Shown: piece after piece, positions 25,120 to 39,313 of the stretch
Position numbering within the stretch: the stretch's first letter is position 1
Layout of the letters: the number at the start of each line of letters is the position of its first letter
Assembly: GCF_009914755.1 (NCBI RefSeq)
Contig: NC_060933.1
Origin: the human T2T-CHM13v2.0 reference genome, Homo sapiens
DNA: 64,000 nucleotides
Direction: 5' to 3' (one strand)
The notes under the pieces: generated by a model
Seen by the model: only the letters and a program-made list of their open reading frames with translations
The model's database searches: none
Told to the model about the DNA's origin: nothing
Program-made: the position numbers and the translations under genes

Positions 25120-25335
25120 TAACAGCTAATATATTTAATGCATAATATGTGTCGGGCACTGTTCATAAAATTTTGCATATGTTAACTCTTTAATCCTCAC
25201 CATGACCCTCTGAGGTGGGTACTATTATTACTGCAATTTTCCAGATGAAAGATGAGGAATGTTAAGTGAATTTCCCAAGGTCCACACAAGTCAGTGGTAG
25301 AAGCAATCTTCAGAGTGCATATTCTAACCCCTCCA
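25120..25335 (-). mobile_element. MIR SINE
   Basis: TTTAATCCTCACCATGACCCTCTGAGGTGGGTACTATTATT...GTTAAGTGAATTTCCCAAGGTCCACACAAG. Confidence 0.8.
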
Positions 25336-25443
25336 CCATAAACCTCTCTAGATTCTCTAGACTGGTTCTAAATTCTGTAGCCTCACATTCACCTTCCTCC
25401 CTAAGCATTGTTTACTACTGTAACTTTCCCTCGTTGCTTCCAC

Positions 25444-25635
25444 CAGGGATGCTAAACCTCACCACTATTAACATTTTGGAATGCATAATTCCTTGTTGTG
25501 GAGTTTGACAGCATCCCTGGCCTCTATGTACTAGACACAGTAGCCACAACCTCCTCCCCAGTGTGATGATCAAAAACGTCTGTAGACATTGCCAAATGTT
25601 CCCTGTGAGCAAAATCTACTGACTGAGAACCACTG
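25444..25635 (-). mobile_element. MER20 (hAT-Charlie DNA transposon MITE)
   Basis: CAGCATCCCTGGCCTCTA...AGACATTGCCAAATGTTCCCTG...GCAAAATC...TGAGAACCACTG, the reverse complement of the MER20 consensus. Confidence 0.88.
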
Positions 25636-27029
25636 ACTTACATGGATTCTTCTGATTAAACTGAATTACCTGATACTCCTAAAACACATATTTCTCCCTC
25701 TATGCTTTTTCACATTTGTTTTCCCCTCTTGAGCTTACAGTGTTCTTGGCCTCCTCCTCATCAATCTTCTCTGTTTCATAGTCTTTCAGTTCCTCAGCAT
25801 CTTTTACAGCCAGAGGAAATACTAACCTGTCTGGTTACTGATCTGCTTGTTTCTATGCCTTTTTTGTTTAAAAAATGGTCACCACTTCCAAACTTTTGAT
25901 TTAAAGTCCCTTAAAGATCCCTGGAGTCTTGAGTTTAAAATTTAGTTTGTACTATGCATTCCACGATGTTTTACAGAGTCTACCATGTATCAGATCTCAA
26001 GCTAATCACTGAGGATATGAAGTCAAAGGAGATAAAATCCCTTTCTTTCAAGGAGTTTATGAGATAGACTCTCAGGGAAATAAAGGGATCTGAAGATCAA
26101 CTCTCCATCCTCCTTCAGTTGAATAGATGGGGAAACCAAGAGACAAAAGGTAGATGACATTTTCTCAAGGTCAGCTAGAGACCAGGATCAAGGCTGAACT
26201 AATCATCCTCTACCTAGTGCAACAAAATTTAAATTATGAAGCCCCAAAGAGCATCTAAACCCTATTTATCCATTTAGAGCCTTAAAGCATTTTTTGAGTT
26301 GAGTTATTTATAATTTATGATTTTCTAACAGATGTCAAAACAATAGAAATTTAGTAGTGTATCAAACCTCTCTCTTTGAAATTGTGCTCACATTTCACCC
26401 TCTTCATTAATGAGTCTTAAGGCTAAATGACTCCAGATTGCCACATGAGCACTAGACAGGAGTCCTGAGACTTTAGTCCTGGCTCTGTTAGCTCTGTGAC
26501 TGTCAAAAGGAAGACCATATAATCCCCAGCTAATGATCCCCACCCACCCCCATGGACTGCCTCAAAAAACACCAAAGATTCATTCTTTTCTATGGAAGAA
26601 ACTTTAGATCTTTTAGCATGTCATTCACAACCCTTTGTGATCTAGCCTCAGACAGCCATTGTACTTCATTTCCCTCAGTTACTCTGTGCACCCTCAATCC
26701 CATCAAAAGCAAATATCTTTCTCATCTCGAGAGTGACCTTTAGGTGGACTTCATAGCTCTTGCCATTGCTGATGATTCACCTTGTGCTAGAAAGTCTTTG
26801 ACCAGCTTCTCCTTCCCCAAATCCTGTACCTCATGCAAGGCTCGGCTCTTTTGAGACTCATCCAGGAAAACTTCCCTGCACCTTCTTGTCAGAATCAAGT
26901 AGTCTTTCTGCTGAGCTCTATTTGCTTGTACCTCTACTATAGAACTCGCTTTATTACTCTTTATTTATCATTAAAAGCAGCCCCTTGTCCTGGTGTAGTC
27001 AGCTTTCCCCTGACTAAGCAGAAATATTT

Positions 27030-27280
27030 AGAAGTTAAAATGTGAATTCTGGAGTCTGATTGCTTGGGGTTGAACCCCATCTTTGTCACTTGGCCAACAG
27101 GTTACTCAGGCTTAGGTGAGTTATTTGGACTCTCTGAGTCTCAGTTTTCTCATCTGTAAAATGGTGATAATAATAATATTTCCCTGCTTGCATTATTGTG
27201 AGAGTTACCTGAGTTATCTATGCAAAGAGTTTCGCACAATACCTGGCACACAGTAATCACTCGGTAAGCATCAGCTGTCA
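27030..27280 (+). mobile_element. MIR SINE (near full length)
   Basis: TCTGGAGTCTGATTGCTTGGGGTTGAACCCC...CTCTCTGAGTCTCAGTTTTCTCATCTGTAAAATGG...ACCTGGCACACAGTAATCACTC. Confidence 0.85.
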
Positions 27281-27689
27281 TTGCCCTCCCTGCCTAGAAG
27301 GGTAATTCTGGAGGGCACCAGCCCTGCAAAGTGGAGATCTGCCTGTCTGGCCTTGTCCCTTTCTTATCTCCCTTTGCCATCTCTCTCCTGAAAGGCTCAC
27401 CCTAGGCTGTGTGGGCCAAGATGAGGTGATGGCAGGCTCATCTGAGAGAGGAGCTTTTTCTTCAGAGCTCAGCCCACACTGTGTGGGCTGTGTTTTTATA
27501 CAACTTGCTGTAGGCCTGCATCAGGTATGAAATTTACATCATTTGACTTGCCCATGTGGGAATCTTCCCCATTCCTCTTGGCTCCTTAGAATGGGTACAG
27601 GTGTTCAGTGCCTCCTCCTCCCAATGCTCTTCAGCAGATGAGGAACCGAGGTCCAAAGATGAAAACAAGGCTGATGACTCACCTGTTAG

Positions 27690-27938
27690 ACACAGTTGGC
27701 ACAGTGCCTGAGGTCTACAGTACTTTTGTTAAACTACAAAAATGGATTAATTCTTTCTTTTAGAATTAATTAATTTCTTTTAGATTAATTTCTTTTAGAA
27801 TCAGAAGAAAAAATAATATAATAATAATACATCTAAAATAAGGAATCCAGACTCTCAATTACATTTATTTTTATAACAATGCAATCATAAAGCATAATTT
27901 TGGAAGAAGGAGCCTATGAAAGTCATGAAGTGACCATG
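27690..27938. mobile_element. MER96B-like hAT MITE
   Basis: GGCACAGTGCCTGAGG...TTTTAGAATCAGAAGAAAAAATAATATAATAATAAT...GAATCCAG...CCTATGAAAGTCATGAAGTGACC resembles the recalled consensus. Confidence 0.6.
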
Positions 27939-28379
27939 GATGAAAAGAAATTTGCCCAAGATTAATAGTGGCAAATTAAAGCACAAGTTCCCGTCTTATT
28001 ACCCTCCAAATAGAAATTTTTTTCTCTGCATTTTCAAGAAAACTGGTAGAATTTATTTTACCACAGTCATCTTCTTTCACAAATAAGAAAACGGACACCT
28101 GAGAGAGAGTGTGACTTGCCTAAGGTCTCGCCAACACACAACTAAGTTGTATTTTCCTAACTCCCTGTTACTCCTTTCACTATTTATACATTCAAACCTA
28201 ATGACCACTGATGTCAACCTCCCATTATATAGATGGAAACATCGAGGGCCAGAAAGTTGAAGGGGCTTATATGATGTAACAAGGACCGCCACTCTTGCCT
28301 CTAAATCAGGGCGCCCTCCAGTACCAAGAGGAGCGTTTGAAAACTGGATACACAATTTTGTTAGACAGCAGGAATCACT

Positions 28380-28625
28380 TCAAGAGATCTATTATACAAC
28401 ATGATGACTATAGTTACTATTGCACACTTGAAAATTGCTAGGAAAATAGATTTTAAGTGTTCTCACCACAAAAATTCTAATAAGCATGTAAGATAATGCA
28501 TACTTAATTAACTTGGTTCAGCCATTCCATAATGTATACGTATTTCATAATATCATGTTGTACAGTATTAATATACATAATTTTTGTCAATTAAATACAA
28601 ATACAAATAATACAAACTTAAAAGA
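28380..28625 (+). mobile_element. L1MA-type 3' end fragment
   Basis: TCAAGAGATCTATTATACAACATG...GAAAATTGCTAGG...GATTTTAAGTGTTCTCACCACAAAAA...CAGCCATTCCATAATGTATAC, then an A-rich tail. Confidence 0.85.
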
Positions 28626-28699
28626 AGAAGAAAAGCTTGTTTGAAACCAAAACTCCCCCCAAATTAGGTTTCCTCACAAGCCTTGGGCACATAAATCTT

Positions 28700-28935
28700 T
28701 CATTTATTTATCCATTCAGCAAATGTTTATTGAGGACTTATGTCCTAGCCACTATATGGAGGGTTCTATATAGTGATACAGGGTGGTGATACAGGCTCTA
28801 TATAGTGATACAGGGTGGTGATAGACATGTACTGTCTGTTCTTATGAGGCTTACAGTCGAGTGGGGGAGAGTACCATTGGAGGTTGACCTCAGAAATGAG
28901 TCATACTGTCAACAGTGATCATTGCCATGAAAAAA
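28700..28935 (-). mobile_element. L2 3' fragment containing a 32-bp tandem duplication (28765-28823)
   Basis: CATTCAGCAAATGTTTATTGAGGAC...CTTATGAGGCTTACAGTCGAGTGGGGGAGA; TCTATATAGTGATACAGGGTGGTGATA occurs twice. Confidence 0.7.
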
Positions 28936-31168
28936 AATTAGATCAACAACTAAACAACCAAAAACAGTATTAGGACCTCAGAAAGACTCAGGAGAAAAGA
29001 GAGGCTGTGCCCTCAACAACTACATGTGGGAACTATCAAGAAACAGCCCAAGTGTCCTGTGGCTGGTACAGAAAGATGGCTGGGTCAAAGACTGACTACA
29101 TCTGTGCCAGATAGCAGGTGCTCATCAACACTTATACACTGATGGTGGAGACTCATGAAGACTGAAGGTCTACTGGAAGAAGTAATACTGGTATTGTCTT
29201 GAAGATCAGAAAAGAGAAAAGGACAGGGACAATAGGGAGACATTTCTACCTGTAGGAAACAGTGTGGGCCAAAGTGAGGAAATCTTACCAGAGTCTGTCT
29301 ACACACTCAGAGATAGATTGAGACCAATTTCTGAAATGCAAAATTGTTGTTGGTCTTTATTCTGAGAGCATCAGAGAAAGAGGTTTGTCTGTTTGGGGGA
29401 ATAGTGAAAAATAGGATTTTAGGAAGATGAATCTGGTGATGCTTCACAGGCTGTATAAGGGAGCAATGAAACTTCTGGACCATGGGCCAGTTAGAGGAGT
29501 GTTCCAATAATGTAATTATGATGGATTAAGCACCAGCTTTGTTTTTTCATACCCTTTATGGTGCATAATAGGATGCTCATTTTACCAAGTAACAGAAGAA
29601 AAGCTCAGACCAAAATTATGACTTGCTCTAATCTCTGCTCCATGGTAGCAGAGTTGATATTTGAAATCATATCTCACACCCCAGCTTGGAAAGATAAATA
29701 TCCCTCTCTCCTGTTAGTCTGTGAACTTGTGGATAGAATACTATAGTATCCACATAACTGCATGTAGAGCATTCATTCAATTAGAGTCTGTTGAGCACCT
29801 ACTAAGTGCCACCATTATGCTAGGCAATATGTGATATATTCTTTTAAACTTTAAACATATGTGCATGAACATACACACAAGCAAAGTTACACAGAGAAAT
29901 AAAAATGGAGTTGACAAGATGAGCCAAGGTCTGATTATAGCAAAACTGGGAGAAAGTTACCACATCAGGGAAGCTTCCTTTACTTCTCCAACAGTATTAA
30001 TGGCTATTAATGTCTTGATCTCTGGAGTACTGAGAGGAAAGACCCCCCCCCCAATATTTTTATTAGTGACATTAAATTGACATGTCCATGTGGCTTTGCA
30101 GGGACATGTAAAATATGTTTCTGAGCTTATAAGAAACAGTTCTCTCCTTCTTCTTCAATTCTGTCTCATTTCTCTGATACTTCCCATGTGCATTTGGTTT
30201 TACTTTCCTCACATACATCCTTCATGATGCCCATTTCTTGGATGCTTATTGTACACCATGCACTTTGAAAAGTGTTCTATGAACAGTGTCTTATTACATC
30301 CTTCCAACCAGAGCTGCCTCAAGGTCATCACAGAGCCAGAACTTAAAACAGCTGTATTCACTCCCAAATTGTGCTCTTCACTACCAGACTGTCCACTGTG
30401 CTTTCACTCATGCAAGCACCCTCACATGCATTTCTTTATTTCCCCTTAAATGCATGCATACATATAAGCATTTTGTCAACTTAATTGGTGCTTTCTACTT
30501 GCCAATCATTGTGCTGGCCTGGAAATATGAGTGGTCAGTCATTTGTTAAAATGTTGTACAGATGATTCAAATATGAGGTTAGGTGTGAAAGGGGATGATT
30601 AAATAACCAGTAAGAGAATTTCCAGCCCTGACTCTGCCTAATTCAATGAATGGTGAAGGGTCAGTCTTGGGGCTGCCATGCAGGGTATGACAGCAGGATG
30701 CACTGGTCCTTGACCATTTTCTGGCAAGTGGTATCATTGTCTCCAGGCTTGATGAGTGAGTGGAGAGAGGAGCTTGTAGATTCTCAAGTCATTAAAATGA
30801 CCGAAGGAAAGATCTCTCTTCCAAGACAGCCCCAACATCAGCCCTCCTTAGTCCACCAGGATCTGGTTTGTGCTGTGCAACTTTCAAGGATGAACAATAG
30901 TTCATATTGTTATAGTGTACTTCTTTGACCCCATCCCCCACCTCTTCTTTCTCCTTGATCTTTTTTTCTTGTCCTTCCCCACTTCCTTTCTTACGTTGAT
31001 GTGCACCAATTTTATATGCACTGATTTCATCGACAATGTGTGAAAAAAGAGCAATAAACATGCATCTTCATTTCAGAGAACAGTGTCAGAAAGGAACCTT
31101 TATGTGTGTGTTTAACAGCACAAAAAGGGGGGAAATAATCCCAATTCTGAAAAAGAAGGAAAGATATT

Positions 31169-31550
<382 letters not shown>

Positions 31551-31754
31551 TGAGCCTTTGGATTCTCTTACTAAATCCTCGAAATGGCACTATTTATTAA
31601 GTACTTATTATTATCAGTTTACATATGAGGAAACTATCAAGGAGATAAAGAGATTTTGTCCAAGGCTACACAGCTAACAGGGAGCAGAGCTGAGATACAC
31701 AGATCAGCCTCACACCACTGTCCATGTGTTGTAACACTTGTTTTGTTGCCAGTG

Positions 31755-31935
31755 GCCATGTGCCAAGTGCTGTCACATTTGTTTTATCATTAGTTCCCCC
31801 ACTACAACTGTCAGAGGAAGATGTATCATCCCCATTTTACAGATGGGGAGACTAATACTGGGAAAGGAGCCCTGACTTTCCCATCCATAGCTAGTAAATG
31901 GCAAAGCCAGCATTCGAACTCAGATTTACTGGCCT
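31755..31935 (-). mobile_element. MIR SINE
   Basis: TATCATCCCCATTTTACAGATGGGGAGACT...ATAGCTAGTAAATGGCAAAGCCAGCATTCGAACTCAG. Confidence 0.75.
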
Positions 31936-34260
31936 GTAATCCCCCAACCTTTCTACGTCCATGCAGACTGCTTACACATGAGCAAAGGAGGAAGGCTGGA
32001 GACACAAGAGCCAGAGGGAATTACAGTTTGCCATCCCAAATGTACCACATAAGTCTGTGTATTATTAAAACTTATGGGTTTCAGGAACCCTCAGGCATAC
32101 TACTCTCAAGCTTGCCTCACATCTGGATAGCCTTAAATAGTTTACAAGGAAATATGCATACATTTATCTCTTTTCTCTCTCAGAAGACATCTGTGAAGTA
32201 TACAGGATAAGATTCTTCATCCTAGTGTACATGTGGGAAAACTAAGGTTCAGAGAGGTGAATTAACTTGTCTGATGTCACACAGCTAGTAAAAATGGTGA
32301 ACAGACCCATTTAGTGAGGGTGCTTTCAGATAACAGTTCCTGGCAAGGAAGAAGAATACAGGCAGGAGAACAGACACAGGTGCCATCAAGGGTGTTCATT
32401 CTACTGCTCCATGCCGTCCTGCAAAAGGAAATCTGGTCCTCCTCCTACACTTGCATGGCCAACACATGGGAAACACCTGAGCTAACCCTGACTTGGAGAA
32501 TTGTTCCATGTGGTTACTTTCAATGCTCCTGCCTCTCTTGAACAAGACACAGAGATGTCCAGAACCCAGTATAACTTGGTATAATCCTCCAGTCCTGTAT
32601 GTCTCCCTTTAAGCCTCCTCCTTCCACTGAGCCTAAGGCAAATCTTTTGACCCGGGGTGGACCCGGAGGGATGAGGATGCTGAGGAGCAGTCCCCCAGGT
32701 ACCCTCCTCGGTGATATCCCAGCCTTCCTCTGAATGCCTGATGGTGCTGAGTCCTCCAGGTCATTTTGGTGGGTCTCCCCCCCGACTGAACCAAGTGCAG
32801 GGACCATGGGTATACTTAACCCAAATCTGTCTGTTTTAATCACTGTCCTCTGGACAGATAAAAGCTTTCCATAGGATTGCTCTCTCAAGCATTCCTCTGT
32901 GGCTTTGATACTAGTGATTAAATCATGGAAGGGAAAGCAAAACAAAACAAAACAAAAAAGGGACCAGCTCCAACCTTTAGCTTTTAATTTTTTTAGCCTC
33001 ATGAAAGAAACCAGATTGTTGACCTAAATTCCCCCTTTCATCCCCTCATCCTCTCACCTCTGCTTGTATTCTCCTGGCAGATGTCCCACAGCTAGTGGGC
33101 ATCCTTTAATTGAAGGGTCTGAAACTGCCTTTTACCCTGCCCCACAATGACCTTACATCTCCCGCAGGGGGAACCAAGGCTGGGATACCTGTAATCGCTG
33201 GGATCTTGGAGTCACAGAATGTGGATGGAAGGGACCTCTGTGACCATGTGGTCTAACACTCTTATATCCTAAGGAAAGGAAGTGAGGAAGCCCAGAGTAG
33301 GGAGCTATTCACCCAGGGACCACAGCACAGCATGGCAGACCTAGACATTAGAGCCTTCATGGTGGATTGAGAGCACCAATCCACCATGGAAAGCATCTTG
33401 GTGGGGAGCTTTGGCTCTGGAGTGAAAGAGATGAGAGTTAGATTTGTGATTCTCCCAATCCCTCGCTGGGATCCTTGGAGGGAAAATCAATTAACCTCTC
33501 TACATCTCAGTTTCCTTATCTGTCAAAAGAATACTAATAAATCCCACTTAGTCTGTGCTTAGTAAAGAGACTACTAAATAGAGGCTTTCAGAAAGTGTTT
33601 GTTATTATTATCATTATTTATTTAAAAATACCACTTTTTCACAGCAGAAATGTCCTGGTGGAGTTTTTTCTCCTTCTGTATCTACTCTCCCAATGAGAGA
33701 AAACAAACAATAATACGAATTGCATATAAATTGTCATCCTTTGCTAATTATCTCCACCCCGCCGCCCCCAGACAGTGATGGCAGAAAGTCAAATGTTATC
33801 AGAGATAATTTTATGTTGACTTAAAGCTTCCCAGGAAAACATCCTAGGCAAGACCACAGGAAGAAAGCATAGCTAGAGTCCCCCTCAGCTGTGGGGGAGC
33901 TTTCAAATTTGAAATCAGGAGACTCGAATTCCAGTTTTTCCTACCCCTTAGTGCTGTGGGACTTTAGGCAGGGGACCTCGCCTCTCTGACTTTCCAGTTT
34001 TCTGATCTGTAAATAGTACCTATTGTAGCAGATTGCTGTGAGGATTCTAGGAGACACCTTGAGGTGAGGAATGTTTCCTGTAAGTGATGAACACACCACC
34101 AATTTTGCTATCTTTCTAATACACCTTGCTCTACTCAAAACAGCAATTGAGTAAATTGAGACATTGCATTGTAACAAGAGAAAAATTCTGAACTGGGAAC
34201 AGGCATTAGGAGATAAGATAGATTTTAGAAAAATTTCAGTGGGAGAGCTTAGAAAACTTG

Positions 34261-34689
34261 TTGAATGATGGTTTGCTAGGGCAGGCATAACAAAGGACCC
34301 CAGCCTGGCTGGCTTAAATGACAGAAATTTATTTTCTTAAAATTCTGGAGATCAAAAGTCCAAGATCAAGGTGTCAGCCAGGTTTGTTTCTTCCAAGACC
34401 TCTCTCTCTCTCTCTTTCTCTCTCTCTCTTTCTCTCTCTCTCTCACTGGTTTCCAGATGGTCATCTTTTCCTTGTATCTTCACATAGTCTTTTCTCTGTA
34501 TTACTTGTGTCCTAATTTTCTCCTCTTATAAGAACACCAGTCAAATTGGATTAGGATCTGCCATGTCACCTCACTTTAATTTAATTACCTTTTCAAAGAC
34601 TGTATCTCCAAATACAGTTAAATTCCAAGGTACTGGGGTTACATCTTTAATGTATGAAATTTGGTGGAACACAATTTCATCCACCACAA
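34261..34689 (-). mobile_element. MLT1 (MLT1B/C-like) ERVL-MaLR solo LTR with internal (CT)n
   Basis: GGCTTAAATGACAGAAATTTATTTTCT...AAGTCCAAGATCAAGGTGTCAGC...TCTTATAAGAACACCAGTCAAATTGGATTAGG...TCTCCAAATACAGT. Confidence 0.85.
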
Positions 34690-37600
34690 TGAAAAGGAAA
34701 ATGGGAGGCAGCCAAAAGCATGGCAGCAAGCTTGGGAAGAAAAATCAGTATCGACATTGGAAGTTAGAGGAAACCTGAGTCAGAAACCATCAGGCAGGTA
34801 GGCTGGTAACGGAAATCCAGATGTCGAAGGACAAGCTCAAGTAAGCACTCCAGATGGACAACTATGCCTGGACAAACTTTGGGTTCTAGCGAAGTGGGCT
34901 GAGCCCAGTGGAATAGATTACTCTTTGGTAATAAAGAACCATCAATTCTTAGTTAATTGTTTAGGTCCCTACAGAAGAATGATAAAGACAGCAGCCTCCT
35001 GGCTTTCAATTCAATTCACCTTGCTTGTGGGGGTGTTGCAGAACTTACAGAAGTATTTCCAGAGGAGGCCACGCCTTTAAACAGCCTACAACAAAACATT
35101 TGGCCTTTGGCACTTAATGTATTGACCATGACTAAGAGCCTGGGTGTGGGAATTCTATAGACCTGCATTCTGAGCTGTGTTGCTTTGGGCAACCATTTCC
35201 CTATTCTGAGCCTCAGTCTATCCTGAAGAGGGAGAAATGCTGATAGACTTGTTGTGAAGATTAAGCAAGATAATTAACGTAGAGTAAATGATAGTATGTT
35301 CTCAATAAAGAGTAAGATACTCTTATAGAGAAGGCAGAAATAGGGAAGTATCCCCCTGCTCCCTTTCTTTCTTTCTTTTTAACTTTCAATAACAAACTCT
35401 ACAGAGCACTTACAACATACCAGATTTTGGGTTGGATGTTAGGTATTTATAAATGAAGCAAACAGCCACATATGTGGGAAGCACAGATCTTGAATGAGTA
35501 ATTACTCAGTGATGAGGCAGTTTTAGGATGGGGAGGAGTATGATGAATATACAGGAGGAAGATTTGTTGGTGCCTGGGTGGCATGGGGTCGTCAGACAGA
35601 CTTGTCTTGGGGTAATATTTACCATGATGATCTTTAGAGAATACCCCTAATGCCCAGAGTATTCTCCCACACTCTGTACAGCCTTAGCCAAGGTTCTGAG
35701 AGACTCTTTCCATGCCTTTGAGCTTTTCTCCTTTGTGGATGTTCTTCCTTTCTGGGATGAGATTGAATGAGTAGATGAGAAGAAAAAGAGGCAATGAAAA
35801 AAATAGACATCAAGCTTCTGGGGGCCTATGGAACCCTTTTCACATCCAGCCTAGCTGCAGGAAGATAGGGTGCATTAGAAAGATCAGCTGGCCAGGGTTC
35901 CAGGGATGGTTCCGTAACAGGAGGACCATGGCAGGCTCCTTTCCTGCTGCACCTCAACCTCTCCCTCTGTGCAGTGTGCCCAGACACACTACTTTAAAAG
36001 GGCTCTTGCACGCTTTCATTGTCTAGTTCTATGTGCTTATAGCATTGAGACAGACATACGCTAATTATATGTAGATTGTGTGCAGAATTGCATGTGGCCT
36101 TCGGTTTTGCCACATGGGACTATATCCCCTGGGATCATCCTCTAGTCCCACACAGATGGTGCTGACTTCAGACAAATTAGCACCATTTTTTTTTTGTACT
36201 ATGCCTCTATCTTTATGGAGAACTGTGAGGAAGGGCAGTGTGGAGACGTGGGGGTTCTTTTGTGTCCTCCAGAGAACAGCATTGTGTGTCCTGTATAGAG
36301 ATCCTCAGAGGAGACAGAACCTAAGCATGCAAGAGTTGCGAATGACATAAGGCATCTAATTCCAATCAACACATATTTTTGAGCACCTTCTCCTTACAAG
36401 GAACCATTCTATCAGTGAACAAAAGAGCTCTTAAATTCTAGCAAGGGATCATTTTTATCCAGACCCCTCCTTTTACAGAGAAGGGAAATTAGGTTCAGCA
36501 GCATAAAGGAGGTGGTATGACTTGTCCCAGGCAAGGTTACCTGACAAGTCAAGCTCAGATCTCTGGTGCCAAACTTCTGGTTCTGAGCTGGTGGTACAAC
36601 GATGCTTCCCTTTCAGACCCTAAAATAAGACTACTGTTGATTAAGTTATGTTCATATAGAAATAAAACCCCATTGCCACCATACACCCCCAACCTTATTG
36701 AAGCTCGGTGATTTTCTTTCACTACTTATACTCCAGGTAAATATTTCCCTCTGAACTTGTGAAGCCGCTGCTTCAAGGTTCTCATTTCCCTTAATGTGTT
36801 TCTTTTTGGTTCCATTGAAAACCTTCTCTTTGCCCTTCCTCTCTGCCTCCCATGGCTAAGCCACCCCTTATTTCTTAACTCTTTTGCAGAATCTGCCTTT
36901 TCTCACTTCTTCCCCCTTCTCTCAACTGCAAACAGAGGTGGCCTGAGCCTGGGTCCCAAGCCCCGACAAGGTTCTGAACTGAGAGCACCCTACAGATGTG
37001 TAAACATTTTACCTTGCTAACCAGGCTAGCTGCCTTCCAAAGGCAACAGGAAAACCAGAGACTGGGAGCCCCTGGCAAAATAAAAACCTGCAGAGAGAGA
37101 GAGACAGAGAAAGAGAGAGGGAAAAAGGATCTTGTTTTAGATTTTAATTTTCTCATTAGAAGGCCATTCATTTTCTTTTCATGAGGGATAGGGTTAGCTG
37201 GGAGAGAGAGAGAAGGTGAGCTAAGAGGTGGGAAGGACATGAATGTCATGGCTCCAGGAACCTCTGCTCTCAACTGGTTCCATAACAGGCAGCAACAGAT
37301 AGATCTGGCGCAACTCACTTCAAATCTGGAGTTGGATCTTAGGCTTTTGAAGGAGTCAGTGGGGAGGCAGCTTTTAATATGTAGTCTCATGATATCATCT
37401 AAGCTGATGGGATCTATGATTTCTAAGAAGGGTTTGCCAGTGGGTTTGAGGAGGACCTGGGCTTTTTTGAGCCTTCCTTCTTGATATGTCGTGCAAGATG
37501 CCTTCAGGGTACCCTCTCTTTCTGGCCTTTCTATTTTGTTTCCCGTCATTTCCTCCCTCCTTTTCATCCTCTACATCACCCCCGAACCCTCCAGCATCTT

Positions 37601-39278
37601 AACAATGAACTCTCATTTGGACAGCCGTTGTATGCGGAGGATGTCATATTCACTATGTCTTTTAAGTATGACAATATATTTAGAGATACAGATGAAGGAA
37701 TTAAGGCTTAGAGGTGAAGTGATTTTGCCCCATACGTACAACTAGTAACTGCTGTCATCAAAATTCAAAGTAAATTACCCTGAGTGCAAAGATCCTGATC
37801 TTTCTACTTTACCAAGAATACATTTTATTCTCTGATTCTCCCTGTACTTTAGTCACAGAGACATAAATTAATGCCTTTGATTCTGTTTGTCCTTAAAATC
37901 CCTACCCTTTCTCGTCTCCGGCTCTATTTAGAATCATTCCCATGCCTGCTGTAGCAAGGTGCTGGAGAGGTTACTGGAATGACACAGACACAACCATTGC
38001 TCTCGAGAAGAAAACAGTTCGGCAGAGAGGGGATAATGGTGAGAACACAGGCAACTCCAAAACCGAAGAGCACATGTCAAGTTTCCTAAAAGTAAAAAGA
38101 GTTCAAAGAAGAGAATAATCACTATTCACAGGGAAGTCAGGATGAACTTCTTGAAAGAGTTACCTTGCATGCTAGTCATTGGGAAATCTAGAATAAAGAA
38201 AATCAGACTTGGACCTAATATATGACACAGAACCTTACTTAACCCGCTCCTTTGCCAGATAGAGAATCAGGACCCAGAGGACACCAGAGGAGGCATTTGG
38301 TGCTTCACTAAGGTTGTCCTGATGGTAAGAGCAGGATGACTTTGTAAGGAGACTCTGGCCATTTCCTGAAAAATGGCTGAGCAGGAAGTAGGAGGAGAGG
38401 TGTAGATTGGCATAGATGCTGGTCCAAGACTGCTGGCCATGTCAGCTGCTGACAAAGAGATTTACACCAATTCTAAGCTCCCACTGCCCACAGAGGAGTG
38501 AAGACTGTGTGGGCCTCCTCTATTGATTTTGCTGGAAGCTCTCCTTGCTCATTTGATGAGCACTTATAGCAGGTGAACTCCCAGAGTTATGGTGACTGCA
38601 ACAATTCTCCAGCTGAGAGTAGTCACTGTCCTTCTAAATGAGCATCTTTTATTCACTCTCCTCTCCCTCTCTTTCTTCTCCCACCTGGCCTCATACATCA
38701 TCTGACACTTAAAATACACTCTTAATTAGAAAGTCCTCTTCCCCATCCAACAGCTTTGTCTATGCCAGGGACACTGGGTATATTCCAGAAAGGCTAGGAA
38801 ATGGGGGTTGGTGAGCATAAAGATAATTAGATCCAGAGAGAATCTGCTAACCTACTTCCTGGGGTTCCCAGAGTAACTATAGAGATGCTTGGCTTGGAAC
38901 TTCCTCAAATATTGAACTCAAATTTGTGACATGCCCCAGGTAGGTGGCATAGCCCAGATGCCTGATGATTTTGGTGAGGCAGGGGGAGCTGCTATAGAAT
39001 TAGGGCCTAGGACAGTGAATCCAAGGATCTGATGGATCTAGGATCCACTTACCAAGCAGTTGACCTTCAACCTGTCTCTCTATCTCCTTTAACTTCCATA
39101 TTCTCACCAGTTAAGTGAGAAACGTAATGTCACCACCTTAGGGATATTACATGGATTAAGTTAGTGCATATACAGACCTTAGCACAATGCCTGGCCTGCC
39201 ATAGAGGCTTGGGAGATTTTGCTCATTATTATTAACTATTATGTAGGCATACCCAATTTATGTTAAGAAGGCACTCAT

Positions 39279-39282
<4 letters not shown>

Positions 39283-39313
<31 letters not shown>

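Noticed and set aside
36875-37567. 230-aa antisense ORF in intron 1
   Set aside because: No recognisable domain, includes low-complexity (CT/GA) translation, and no supporting promoter or splice signals seen
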